64,000 nucleotides of DNA from an uncultured Spirochaetota bacterium (GTDB lineage Bacteria > Spirochaetota > Brevinematia > Brevinematales > JAOACQ01): contig CAWAOD010000009.1 of the NCBI GenBank assembly GCA_963783575.1, positions 96,001 through 160,000 of the forward strand, read 5' to 3'. This document shows positions 29,113-39,135 of this stretch, one piece after another (position 1 is the first letter of the stretch; each line of letters starts with the position of its first letter). Below the pieces are notes generated by a model. The model had not been told where the DNA came from and ran no database searches. It was given only the letters and a program-made list of their open reading frames with translations. The position numbers and the translations under genes are program-made.

Positions 29113-30675
29113 ATGGCAGGAATGGTGAAAAATATTATGTATCAGGACATAAAAAAACTGAAACTTTTGGGGAAAAGTAAAAATGGTGTATCCCGGGAAC
29201 TGTCAATAGATATTAAGACAGTCCGGAAATATTGGACTATGAACGATGCTGAATACCAGAAAAGCCTGATGGAATTCTCTTTCCGTGAAAAAGAATTCGA
29301 AGGAATAAAAACAGATATATTGAAAGTATATGCAAAGAATGATTACATCCGGCTGAATATGTCTGCTTTGTATGACTATTTATTGGAGGTAAAAGGCAAA
29401 CTACCGGCGAATGAAAATACGATGAGGAATTTCGTACATTACCTGATTGAAAGCGGGCAGCTTACCTTGAATGAAAAGCGACGGTATTACACAAAAGTGC
29501 CTGACATGCCATATGGAAAGCAGCTCCAGCTTGATTTCGGTCAATATACCGACAGATATGGCAGAAGGTATTACATATTTGCCGCGGTGTTATCCGCCAG
29601 TCGTTTTAAGTATGCGGCCCTCCAGGAGAGGCCATTCCGGACAGAAGACCTGATCAATCATCTGTTGGACTGTTTCGCATATATGGGCGGGATACCGCAT
29701 GAACTTGTCATCGATCAGGACTGCACGATGGTTGCGAGTGAGAACTCAGGCGATATCATCTACACGAAAGACTTTCAGTATTTCATCGGGGAAATGGGTC
29801 TTAAAATGTATGTGTGCCGACCTGCTGACCCGGAAAGTAAGGGAAAGATTGAAAACGTAGTCAAATTCATCAAGCACGGTTTCTTCTCAGTCCGGGAGTT
29901 CAACAGTTTAATGGAAGCGGAAGAAAGCCTGATGAAATGGCTGGAAAGAAAAGCCAACGGGAGAATATCCCAGGCTACAATGAAAATACCACTGATAGAG
30001 ATTGAAACGGAAAGACCATATCTCCAATCTGTCAGGAATTCGATATTCCGTAAAGACAGGATAGGAGCAAGGGAAGAGCGCAGTGTAAGCGATAAATGCC
30101 GGATCGCAGTTGATGCAAGCCAGTATGATATTCCCGAAAAATACAGGAACGGTTCGGTGGACATCTACAAGACGGGCAGTCGGCTTTTTGTCTTTGACAG
30201 GATAACGGGAGAGCAAATCGCCGAATACCGGCTTTCAGTGATTCCGGGGCAGATTGTAACCAACAGGGCAATGATCCGGGAAATGGGAAAGAGTGTGCAG
30301 TTATTGAAAGAAGAAGTAAGCGGGTACTTTGATATTCCCGGCTGGAAGGATTTTCTTGAATGTAATTTCAGGAAGTTCAATCGTTATGTAAGGGACCAAT
30401 GTCTTTCCGGAAGAAAATACTTCAGGGACAAGATAATTGATACCGGGAAGCTTACACAAGCGATCTCAAACTGCCTGGAGAGTGATAGTTATTCCATGAA
30501 GGATTTGTGGGATAATTACCTGAACTGTTTTATAACAGAAAAGGCAGAAATACCCTTGAATGTTGAAAAGATTGTCAGGCCTTCAGTGAATCCTGAACAC
30601 TATCTTGAAGTAGCTAAATCAGACATCGGGAAATACCAGAGTTTCTGTGACTCCATCGGGGGCCGGCAATGTTGA
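29113..30675 (+). CDS. istA: IS21 transposase IstA
   Basis: TVRKY HTH, QLDFG, VIDQ, ESKGKIE. Confidence 0.95.
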   Translation: MAGMVKNIMYQDIKKLKLLGKSKNGVSRELSIDIKTVRKYWTMNDAEYQKSLMEFSFREKEFEGIKTDILKVYAKNDYIRLNMSALYDYLLEVKGKLPANENTMRNFVHYLIESGQLTLNEKRRYYTKVPDMPYGKQLQLDFGQYTDRYGRRYYIFAAVLSASRFKYAALQERPFRTEDLINHLLDCFAYMGGIPHELVIDQDCTMVASENSGDIIYTKDFQYFIGEMGLKMYVCRPADPESKGKIENVVKFIKHGFFSVREFNSLMEAEESLMKWLERKANGRISQATMKIPLIEIETERPYLQSVRNSIFRKDRIGAREERSVSDKCRIAVDASQYDIPEKYRNGSVDIYKTGSRLFVFDRITGEQIAEYRLSVIPGQIVTNRAMIREMGKSVQLLKEEVSGYFDIPGWKDFLECNFRKFNRYVRDQCLSGRKYFRDKIIDTGKLTQAISNCLESDSYSMKDLWDNYLNCFITEKAEIPLNVEKIVRPSVNPEHYLEVAKSDIGKYQSFCDSIGGRQC

Positions 30676-31418
30676 AGATAAGAGAACAAATCATAACTGC
30701 GCTTACAACTCTCGGGTTGAAGGGTATGATAAAACGGATTGATGAGGAAATTGGTGAGGCTGAAAAGGCAAAAGAGTCTTATCTGAGTTTTCTGCAGAGG
30801 CTGCTTTCTCTGGAATTGAATTATAGAGTGGAAAAACGTTTTCAGCGGAATATGGCAGGAGCACACTTCCCGGTCCGCAAAGATGTGGAAGGTTTTAATT
30901 TTGAAAAAGTGAATGGAATATCTAAAATGGATGTTTCACAGCTATTGGATTTCTGCTGGATTGATAATCATCATAACCTGTTGTTCTTTGGGTCTCCGGG
31001 GCTGGGGAAAACGCATCTGGCAATTAGTATCGGAATCCGGGCAGTTGAAAAGGGATATATTGTCTGCTTTGAAAGGATGACTACTCTCATTAAGTTTCTG
31101 AAAACGGCGGACATCCAGAGAAGCTCTGCTTTCAGGCTGAACCGGATGATGAAGTCACACTTATTAATCATTGATGAGATAGGTTACACACCTATCGAAA
31201 AGAAGGAGGCAAATCTATTCTTTAGTCTTGTAAGTGAATTGTATGAAAAGACATCAATTGTGATAACATCGAATAAGGGATTTCAGGATTGGGCTGAAAT
31301 GATGGGAGACCCGATTATGACAACCGCTCTTCTGGATAGGCTTTTACATCATTCAAATATTTATAACTTGAGCGGAGAATCTTACAGAATACAAAATTTG
31401 AATAAGGAGGTTGAGTAA
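30669..31418 (+). CDS. istB: IS21 helper ATPase IstB
   Basis: GSPGLGKTHLA, IIDEIGY, ALLDRLLHH, GESYR. Confidence 0.97.
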   Translation: MLKIREQIITALTTLGLKGMIKRIDEEIGEAEKAKESYLSFLQRLLSLELNYRVEKRFQRNMAGAHFPVRKDVEGFNFEKVNGISKMDVSQLLDFCWIDNHHNLLFFGSPGLGKTHLAISIGIRAVEKGYIVCFERMTTLIKFLKTADIQRSSAFRLNRMMKSHLLIIDEIGYTPIEKKEANLFFSLVSELYEKTSIVITSNKGFQDWAEMMGDPIMTTALLDRLLHHSNIYNLSGESYRIQNLNKEVE

Positions 31419-31628
31419 CCATTCTTTGCCTCCTCACTATGGGAAATACTCACGTGGAAGGTATGGGGAAAACTCTTGTGAAGCATATGGGAAATACTCT
31501 TGTGGAAGGGGTGGGAAATTACCCGAGCGCAGATATGGGAAAAACTCTTGACATTTCCACCTGAATGGAAAAGTTTTTTCGAGCACCGGAGCGTTATAGC
31601 AGCGGTCGTACGAAGGTTTCGCGGCGTA

Positions 31629-31919
31629 TTACTTAGCTGCATGTATTATTTTTAATACTTCGTCTTTTTCAAAATATTTTTTATTTGTATATTTATGAAG
31701 TATGCTTGAAATTAATGTTTGATATGGAATACCTTCATCTTCAGCAATCATTTTTATTTTTTCCAAATCAAAATTATTTAATCTTAAAGTAACAGCTTTT
31801 TTCTTTCCACTTGTCTTTAAAATTGTTTCGATTTTCTTTTTTTTATCTAATGAAATTGGTTTATATTCCAATGCTTCGTTTTCAATTATTTGTTCTGAAT
31901 TATCTAATTTATATTTCAT
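31629..31919 (-). CDS. BrnA/CopG-like antitoxin
   Basis: KKAVTLRL...GIPYQTLISSILH; overlaps the toxin stop codon. Confidence 0.82.
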   Translation of the reverse strand: MKYKLDNSEQIIENEALEYKPISLDKKKKIETILKTSGKKKAVTLRLNNFDLEKIKMIAEDEGIPYQTLISSILHKYTNKKYFEKDEVLKIIHAAK

Positions 31920-32182
31920 TTTTCTTTCTCCTTATAAATCTTATGAAATTTTCTACTGGGATAAACAATTTTTATTATAATATTATTATTCTTATCAATA
32001 ACAAAAGGAACTGCATAAGTATATTTTTTATAATATATAATAAAAAGCTGTTGATTAGTTTTTTTTGGGTGTTCTAAAATATCTAAATAATTTTGATCCA
32101 GTATGATTTGAGCTACTTCATCAACATCAATATCTCGTTCAAATTTTAATTTAATTGCTTTATTTTCATCATAAACAATCAT
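31916..32182 (-). CDS. BrnT-like toxin
   Basis: YDENKA...ER.IDVDEV...ILEHP...NQ...YAVPFV...VYPSRK. Confidence 0.8.
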   Translation of the reverse strand: MIVYDENKAIKLKFERDIDVDEVAQIILDQNYLDILEHPKKTNQQLFIIYYKKYTYAVPFVIDKNNNIIIKIVYPSRKFHKIYKEKEK

Positions 32183-32258
32183 AATAAATAATAATTATTG
32201 AAAAAATAAATGTCAATATAATGTATGTATAATGTAATCGAAATTCCGCAAATCTTTC

Positions 32259-32555
32259 GTACAACGGTGCAACTGTACGGCATTTGCAAGCCTTAGCGCC
32301 AGCCCTGCACGCTTAGGCTTGCAAATGTGGTGAGCCCGTAAATAATGACTTCTATTTTAATAATCATCAAAGTCAGATTGAACTCCTTTCTCTTTTTATT
32401 AAAATCAAAAACGGGTGAACCCGGGGAGCGCAACATAGAGCCGCTGAGTCTGCCGCAAAACCCGGATTTTTATCAATTTTGCCGTTTTAACTCTATATAT
32501 TCCAACTAGAAATATTTTAGAAACCCTGCTTTTGCGACAGATTCCGTTGTTATGC
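32259..32555. repeat. Long branched attC-like element, copy A
   Basis: GTACAAC ... GTTATGC boundaries; 13-bp perfect hairpin 32281-32327; 15-bp imperfect stem 32446-32460/32530-32544. Confidence 0.7.
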
Positions 32556-32585
32556 GATGGCCGGGCCGAAACATAGGTAATCAAA

Positions 32586-33269
32586 TTATTCTTTTAATTC
32601 ATCCATTATTATACTATTATAAGATAAAGTTGAAATAATTAATAACGGCAATATTGTCAACATTATATAAAGCATTACAAAGAGACTTTTTGAAATAATA
32701 TTTGGATCATTTACACCATATGAAAAGCCAAATACTTCGGTTATAATTGAATGTAAAAATACTATCAAAAATATTACCAATAATATTAGCCAAGGCTTTG
32801 AAATTATATTTCTAATTTTATAAGGAATTTTTCTCCATAATCTTAATCGACTATTTATTAACATTGCATAGATACTTATAATTATAGCACATCCAAATTG
32901 AGCTGCGCCACCACCACTCAAATATTGTAATATTGATAATAAAAGTAAAATCATCCAGGAATATTTAAAATAAATAAAATTTGCTGAATAAATAATAACT
33001 ATTGTGCTAATAATAATTGCGATTATTCCTGTAATCAGATAATTTGGAATTATTGTAAAAGCTGGCGCATAACCGAATTCCCAAAATCTATTTGATTCAC
33101 CAATAGCATAAATCATGAGTTTCCCAGCAACAGAATGAAGTTCAATAGCTTTATTTCCTTGAAATACTTCAAATAAACCATGAACTATTCCTGATATGCC
33201 ACAAATTATACTAACTAACATTACTGCAATCTTTATTGCATTTGTAAATCTTTGGTTTGTATTATTCAT
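32586..33269 (-). CDS. Hypothetical polytopic membrane protein
   Basis: About six hydrophobic segments; HGLFEVFQGN and PAFTIIPNYLITG. Confidence 0.7.
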   Translation of the reverse strand: MNNTNQRFTNAIKIAVMLVSIICGISGIVHGLFEVFQGNKAIELHSVAGKLMIYAIGESNRFWEFGYAPAFTIIPNYLITGIIAIIISTIVIIYSANFIYFKYSWMILLLLSILQYLSGGGAAQFGCAIIISIYAMLINSRLRLWRKIPYKIRNIISKPWLILLVIFLIVFLHSIITEVFGFSYGVNDPNIISKSLFVMLYIMLTILPLLIISTLSYNSIIMDELKE

Positions 33270-33722
33270 ATTAACTCCATTTTATGATGATAATTATTTT
33301 CAAAATTTAAAGCTTTAGACAAATTTGGAAAAATTCTATATAAATCATTCTTTGCCCAAACTATGATATTATTGTTTTCAAATTCTTTTCTTAATTTATC
33401 TGAGATAAAACCTGGGAAAGTAATTAATGGTTGCTGTGTTGGAAATGCTTTTTGATACAATTTCATAATATCCATATAATTTTTAAATCTTTGCTCAGTT
33501 TCAGGTGGGGTCGATTTAACTTCAATACATAAATGATCCCATTGTTCATTGTTTCGACCTCTAGGGTAATAATCAACCATAATATCAGCTTCAACAATTT
33601 TTCCTTCACCCATTAAATGAAGGCTACTAACTCCTCTAGTTGTATTTTTAAAACGTGAATCATCAATCATAAATAGTTGATTCAAATGTATTATTGAAAG
33701 CTATTTTATCTTTTATTTCCAT
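33266..33722 (-). CDS. PD-(D/E)xK restriction endonuclease-like protein (N-terminal frameshift)
   Basis: EADIMV...CIEVKS...NIIVWAKNDL; RBS-preceded ATG at 33722 is out of frame with ORF 33266-33685. Confidence 0.55.
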
Positions 33723-33766
33723 AATTACCTTCATTATATTTTTTAAACGGCGTCTGATGCAATTAT

Positions 33767-33828
33767 GTCTAACTCGATATATACGAAGTTCATATATTAC
33801 CCCAAATCCCGGGTATTAAATGAACTTC
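33767..33828. repeat. Array-proximal core site plus hairpin (attC/attI-like remnant)
   Basis: GTCTAAC (GTTAGAC on minus), TATATACGAAGT, stem GAAGTTCAT/ATGAACTTC. Confidence 0.55.
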
Positions 33829-33865
33829 TTTACCAACTTGCCGGGCAACGGCTTGAAATAATTTC

Positions 33866-33895
33866 ATTATAGCATTTTAATTTGCTGATTGTCAA
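33866..33895 (-). promoter_or_regulatory. Strong sigma70 promoter facing the cassette array
   Basis: TTGACA-N18-TATAAT with extended TG. Confidence 0.75.
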
Positions 33896-34051
33896 TCAGG
33901 GTCAGGATAGAATCATAACACCTACCGTTATCGAATTATTATATGGAAAATTCAGAGTTATTTTTGAGTTTAAAATGTTTTTCATATACAATCTCCTGGT
34001 ATTAATTATAAAAATCCATTAGATAATACAAAGAATCTCCGGAGGCTAAAA

Positions 34052-35835
34052 ATGAAAATTATTTTTATATCCATCTTTCTTTTTCTTTCAGTGTCCGTTT
34101 ATTCCGCCGACTGGCCTATATACAAGGGCAACCTTTACTTTACCGGCAATAATGACCAGATCATAGTAAAGAACAATAGCCTGAAGTGGCTTTTTATGGC
34201 ATCCAATTATATCTTTAACCCGGTTGTTTCCGACGGCAAAATCTATTTTTCCGATTTGGATAAAATTGTCTATTCCGTGGATGAAGAAACCGGTAAAATA
34301 AAATGGAAATTGGATTTAAAAGACATATCCAGCCATTTTAGCGGAAATGCAGGAGTTCCCGGAAAAGTTAAATATCCGATCATCAGGGGAAATTCCATTT
34401 TCCTTTCAGATGCCACGGCAATATACTGCCTTGATAAAAATACCGGTAGAGTACTTTGGGCTAGGTCCGGTCTTCAGGAAAACGAAAAATAAACAGCTGT
34501 GATAGACGGTATTTATGCCGACCCTATTCTATCGGGAGATAATCTTTATTATGGCACCAGGAAGAATTTTATCGCACGTGAAATATTTAACGGGCATGTT
34601 ATCTGGTCCAGCCAGGAGATAGAAAGCTATAGCGGATTTCCCACGTATTACGATGATAAAATACTGGCACAGTCCAGGGATTATAAAAACAACTCTTACT
34701 TTGTCCTATGCCTGGACCGGTATACCGGAAAGATTCTTTGGAAGAAACAGATCGATAACCCTCTACAGATATTTTCACCGGTTGTATATCAAGGTAAAGT
34801 TTTTATCCCATCGGGAAAAAAGCTTTACAGCCTTTCTTTAAGTGACGGTTCAATAATCTGGCAGAAGGAGTACGGGGATTATATTACCTCAAACCCAAGC
34901 TTTACAGACAGGGAAGTGCTTCTGACGATCGGGAATCAAAAAATTGCCGTATTAACGCCCGATAACGGTTCCGTCAGCTATGAACTGGATTTCGGAGCCG
35001 GTCCGAACCTTATTATGTGACTGTGAATGATCAGATTTACACTGCTTTTAATTATAATAAAAATATCGGCGGTAAGGATATAACCTTCACATCCGTCAGG
35101 GCTTACACCTTCGGCGACAATAAGCCAATCTGGGAATTTCTGCCGCCTTTCCCCGGCGGCGCATCACAGCCGATTGCCTCCCGCGGTACTTTGTTCATTC
35201 CTGCAGGTAATTATCTTTATGCAATAGGTACTTATTATGAACGGCCGATTGTTTATGGAAATGACGGCAGCTCAATCCTGGAGCCGGAGGCCGGTTCCCC
35301 GGGCAAATCATCATCTTTCGCTGCTGTTCAGGAATCGTCCGGCGGTTCATCAACCTCGTCCCTGCCCTCATCAGGATTGAATGATAATTTTGTAAAAAAC
35401 CCTGTTTCCAGCCAATCCTCTTTCACCGAAAAAGAAAAAGAACTACCGAAAGCTCCGGAAAAGCCTGTGAACCTGGAAGAAACCAAACCTGGTGAAAGTG
35501 TTATAGTTCATAATATTTATTTTGAGTTTGATAAAGCCTATCTCAGGCGTGAGTCCATAGCAACATTGGATGATATTGTCAATCAGCTTAAGAAAAACAC
35601 AGCAATTAAGCTTGAAATCCAGGGACACACCGACAACACTGGAACCGTGGAATATAACAAAAAGCTATCCGATCGCCGGGCCGACGCAGTAATGGAATAT
35701 TTGATTAAGAATGGCATCAGCCCCGAACGGCTCCACTCCATGGGATTCGGCGAAACCAAACCGGTTGCCGATAACAAAACTGAAGAGGGAAGAAGTAAGA
35801 ACAGAAGGACGGAATTTTTGATTCTGGAAAAGTAA
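34052..35835 (+). CDS. PQQ/BamB-like beta-propeller fused to an OmpA-C domain (split into three ORFs)
   Basis: Signal + DWPIYKGN, repeated GKxxW blades, C-terminal IYFEFDK...GHTD...NRRTEF; in-frame TAA at 34490 and frameshift near 35000. Confidence 0.82.
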
Positions 35836-35952
35836 ACCGCCACCCGGCAGAATATTTCTCATTATTGAGAAAAAATACAATAAACCATCGATTTTTGACG
35901 TGATTCCCAAGAAATGATATTATATTTGATTAAAATAATGGAAGGACAAAAT

Positions 35953-36705
35953 ATGCAACCATTAATCACAGAAAAAGAATACGAAATCCATTACCATGAA
36001 ACGGATTTTAGAAGAAAGGTGTGGATTTATAGATTGATGAATTATTTTGACGATATAGTCCTTGAACAGAGTAATTTAATAGGTTTCGGTCTTGATTTTT
36101 TTGAAAAGAACAGTTTGATCTGGGTTCTATTAAACTGGGATATAAAAATAATAAAATTACCGTCATACCAGGATAAAGTGCTTGTAAGAACCTTTCCGTA
36201 TTCTATGAAAAAATGCTATGGATACAGGAAATATGAGATCAGGAATTCGATTGGAGAAAATATTGTAACTGCCGATACTGCCTGGATATTTCTGGACAGA
36301 AACACCATGCGTCCCTTGAGAGTTCCGGAAAATATTTGTACGGCTTACGGGATTGTTAAGGATGAAGGAGAAAGCCTGGCAATGGATAAAATCAACTCTC
36401 CGGATAGGGATGATATGGAGAAAGATTTTTTTGTGCGATACAGCGATATTGACGGAAACCAGCATGTTAATAATGTCAGCTATGTTGAATGGGCACTGGA
36501 AACGGTGCCCATGGATTTATTGCTGAATTATGATCCTTTAAACATAAAGATCAGTTATAAGAAAGAATCAAAATATGGAGACGCCGTCCGATCAATTTCA
36601 GAAATAAACATTAACGGATCATCTGCGGATTGCCGGCACAAAATTACAGATAAAAACGGCGTCGATTTGTGTTTACTTCAGACCATTTGGGAAAAGTCAG
36701 CTTAA
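35953..36705 (+). CDS. Acyl-ACP thioesterase
   Basis: VRYSDIDGNQHVNNVSY; double hotdog fold. Confidence 0.93.
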   Translation: MQPLITEKEYEIHYHETDFRRKVWIYRLMNYFDDIVLEQSNLIGFGLDFFEKNSLIWVLLNWDIKIIKLPSYQDKVLVRTFPYSMKKCYGYRKYEIRNSIGENIVTADTAWIFLDRNTMRPLRVPENICTAYGIVKDEGESLAMDKINSPDRDDMEKDFFVRYSDIDGNQHVNNVSYVEWALETVPMDLLLNYDPLNIKISYKKESKYGDAVRSISEININGSSADCRHKITDKNGVDLCLLQTIWEKSA

Positions 36706-36856
36706 TTTACTAAGTACGTTTATAATGTTCAGCAGAACCTGCCCTGCGGTATCGATAGGCTCAATACCTTTTCAATCAAAAAAAGGATCAAGCGTCACGC
36801 TTGTCAAAATACCTGTTAAAAATTACTTGAGTGCAGTATATAACTTGTCGAAAATA

Positions 36857-36899
36857 TATTAAAAGATAAAAATCATTTCATGATTTTTATCTTTTAATA
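36857..36899. repeat. Perfect 20-bp inverted repeat
   Basis: TATTAAAAGATAAAAATCAT-TTC-ATGATTTTTATCTTTTAATA. Confidence 0.85.
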
Positions 36900-36971
36900 A
36901 GTAGTTTTGAATAGCGTAAGTTCGGGATAGACAAAACTACACTCTGGTTGGTAAAACCATTGGGGTTAATT

Positions 36972-38006
36972 ATGCGGATTATAAAATGGATCGCATTACT
37001 CTTACTGAATTTTTACCTTTTTAACTTTCTTTTCCCGGCTCCGATTGATCTTAAAAATATCATAACAATCGACGGTTTTCAGGATAATCCAATTCTTGGA
37101 ATGGGAATTGTAACAGGCTTAAAAGGTACCGGGGACGACAAAGGAACACAGACAAAAGAGATTGCCGCAAGAATTTTTAAACATTTCGGATTTAATGTAA
37201 ATCCGGATGATATAAATCCTAAAAATTCTGCAGCAGTATTGGTCAGCGCTGTTGTTTCACCGTCATCTTCGGTAGGTTCCAGACTTGATGTAAAAATATC
37301 CTCTATCTGTAATGCAAAATCTCTTGAAGGCGGCGAATTGATCGTTACACCTCTTTTCGGAGGTGAAAACAGAGAGGATATATATGCGATAGCCCAGGGC
37401 AGCATTATAGTTGATAAAACCTCAAAAGGAGTTACAGGCTACATACCGATGGGCGGAATATTACAAAAGGAAATTGAACATCTAATTGTCAGCAGTAACA
37501 GGGTATTTTCAATTGGAGTTTTAGACACGCTTCATTTTACATCTATAAGCAAAGTAGCCGATGCCATAAGGGCAAAATATCCCGATTCCATAAAATCCAT
37601 AACTCAAAATAAAATCAAATTATCGCTGCCGCCCGATATCGAATTCTTCCAGTTTATCAATGACATTTACCAGTTAAAAGCCGATGTGGAAGACAGTCCC
37701 AGTGTGATAATTGATTCCAAAAAAGGCATAATTGTTTCCGGCGGAAATGTAATTGTAACGGATGCGGCAATTTCTCTCAAAGGAATGAAATTAGTAGTCG
37801 GAAACGGAGGTTCTGCGCCATCCTGGGGTGGAAACGGAGCCTCTCAACAATCCGGGAATAACGTCCAGTACTTTAAAACTACAACAACAGTATCGGATCT
37901 TGTGGATGGGTTGAACAAAACAGGGGCGTCAATCGATGATATGATCGAACTGCTTCAGCTTATGTATAAAAACGGTAATCTGAAAGCAAAATTAATTGTT
38001 TTATAA
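36972..38006 (+). CDS. flgI: Flagellar P-ring protein FlgI
   Basis: GIVTGLKGTGD, KNSAAVLV, AKSLEGG.L..TPL, YAIAQG. Confidence 0.92.
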   Translation: MRIIKWIALLLLNFYLFNFLFPAPIDLKNIITIDGFQDNPILGMGIVTGLKGTGDDKGTQTKEIAARIFKHFGFNVNPDDINPKNSAAVLVSAVVSPSSSVGSRLDVKISSICNAKSLEGGELIVTPLFGGENREDIYAIAQGSIIVDKTSKGVTGYIPMGGILQKEIEHLIVSSNRVFSIGVLDTLHFTSISKVADAIRAKYPDSIKSITQNKIKLSLPPDIEFFQFINDIYQLKADVEDSPSVIIDSKKGIIVSGGNVIVTDAAISLKGMKLVVGNGGSAPSWGGNGASQQSGNNVQYFKTTTTVSDLVDGLNKTGASIDDMIELLQLMYKNGNLKAKLIVL

Positions 38007-38038
38007 AAAAAGGCCGGGCATATTGCCCCGGCCTTTTT
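38006..38038. terminator. Bidirectional terminator
   Basis: AAAAAGGCCGGGCA-TAT-TGCCCCGGCCTTTTT. Confidence 0.85.
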
Positions 38039-38056
38039 AATTAAGTAACTAACTAT

Positions 38057-38545
38057 TCACAAATTTTGTAGCTCGTTCAATTTGCTTTGAGCTTCGTCTT
38101 TTAAGGCTTTTGGAGCAGTCGGACTTGTTACGATTTCTTTTAACCGGCTTTGAGCATTATCCCTCGCATTATCTATTAAAGCATTGATATCGGCATCACT
38201 CATTCCTGATTTTACAACTTTCTCCTTGTCGGTATGGATAAATTTTATAACTAGTATATAAGCTTTTGCCGTTTTCAATTTTGTGGAAGAATCGCTTGCA
38301 GTCTTTTCATCATCAAGAGATTCCCTGAGAACAGACATTACATTAGCGAAAGCTGTATCATTCATCCTGTCATATGCGGGTTTCGGAGTTTCCTTTTTTA
38401 CCGTATTTGTAGCCGCGGGCTGCGCAGATGTTTCAGTTTTAACTTCATTCTTTGGCTGAGGTTTAACCTGTTCTTTCGGTCCGCATGAAACAATCAGAAA
38501 CGATGCCGTTATACTTAAAATAGCTAAGGTTAAAATTCTAAACAT
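38057..38545 (-). CDS. Hypothetical lipoprotein
   Basis: Lipobox-like LIVS-C, P/K/T-rich linker, helical domain. Confidence 0.75.
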   Translation of the reverse strand: MFRILTLAILSITASFLIVSCGPKEQVKPQPKNEVKTETSAQPAATNTVKKETPKPAYDRMNDTAFANVMSVLRESLDDEKTASDSSTKLKTAKAYILVIKFIHTDKEKVVKSGMSDADINALIDNARDNAQSRLKEIVTSPTAPKALKDEAQSKLNELQNL

Positions 38546-38580
38546 ATAATACCTCCATGATTTAATTGTAATTATTAATA

Positions 38581-39135
38581 TTACCAGTGTATGGCTTCAA
38601 TTGTTTCCCAGGCGGCTTTTACAGTCTGATCCCTGTGATGCCTGTTATCCAGTACAATATTCAGCAGTACCGGGAAGCTTTTTGAGCTGCCGTTTTTCAG
38701 TAAAATTCTTACCAAGCCCTCAGCAATAACATCATCATAATACATAACCTGATCATCTTCCTTAAAATCCGGGTTTGTATAAAAATACTCAAGCAGATTA
38801 TCAATAATATCAATAACCCTGTCATTTGTATAATTATCGCTGAATGATTTTAAGGCCTTCTTTTTATCTTCATAAATACCATTTTTTACTAAAGTCCTAT
38901 AAGCTTTAGCGATCTCATCATCACCGGATAAATTTTTTAATTCATGAGCGGCTTTTGTATTTGATTCATTATCCGTATTAATACCGCTGTTGTCAGTAGA
39001 AGGGCTCTGGCAAAAAGCTGATATATTAAACAAAAAGATGGCACTAATGGGTAGAAATAAAAGTCTAAGAATTAAATTATTGATATTTCTTTTCATTTTA
39101 AAAGCTACCATTTGATTTTTTTCATTGCATCCCAA
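38581..39135 (-). CDS. Exported HEAT-repeat-like protein (paralogue of the next gene)
   Basis: DDVIAEGLV...FPVLLNIV...HRDQTVKAAWETIEAIHW. Confidence 0.7.
   Translation of the reverse strand: MGCNEKNQMVAFKMKRNINNLILRLLFLPISAIFLFNISAFCQSPSTDNSGINTDNESNTKAAHELKNLSGDDEIAKAYRTLVKNGIYEDKKKALKSFSDNYTNDRVIDIIDNLLEYFYTNPDFKEDDQVMYYDDVIAEGLVRILLKNGSSKSFPVLLNIVLDNRHHRDQTVKAAWETIEAIHW

Larger units (their letters stand above)
28998..31559 (+). mobile_element. IS21 family insertion sequence
   Basis: Ends TGGAAATG...CATTTCCA; 5-bp TSD CCTGA (28993-97, 31560-64); subterminal GGGAAA repeats. Confidence 0.95.

Noticed and set aside
31438..31552. Five ~24-bp periodic GGGAAA repeats resembling a mini-CRISPR
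   Set aside because: They lie inside the IS21 right end, are mirrored by TTCCCAT motifs at the left end and have no unique spacers; subterminal repeats are normal for IS21
33900..34050. Expected position of an integron integrase
   Set aside because: No tyrosine recombinase ORF; the divergent gene is the propeller-OmpA protein
34490..34492. Stop-codon recoding (in-frame TAA here and at 25878)
   Set aside because: TAA is the normal stop of most genes in the window; error or nonsense mutation is more likely
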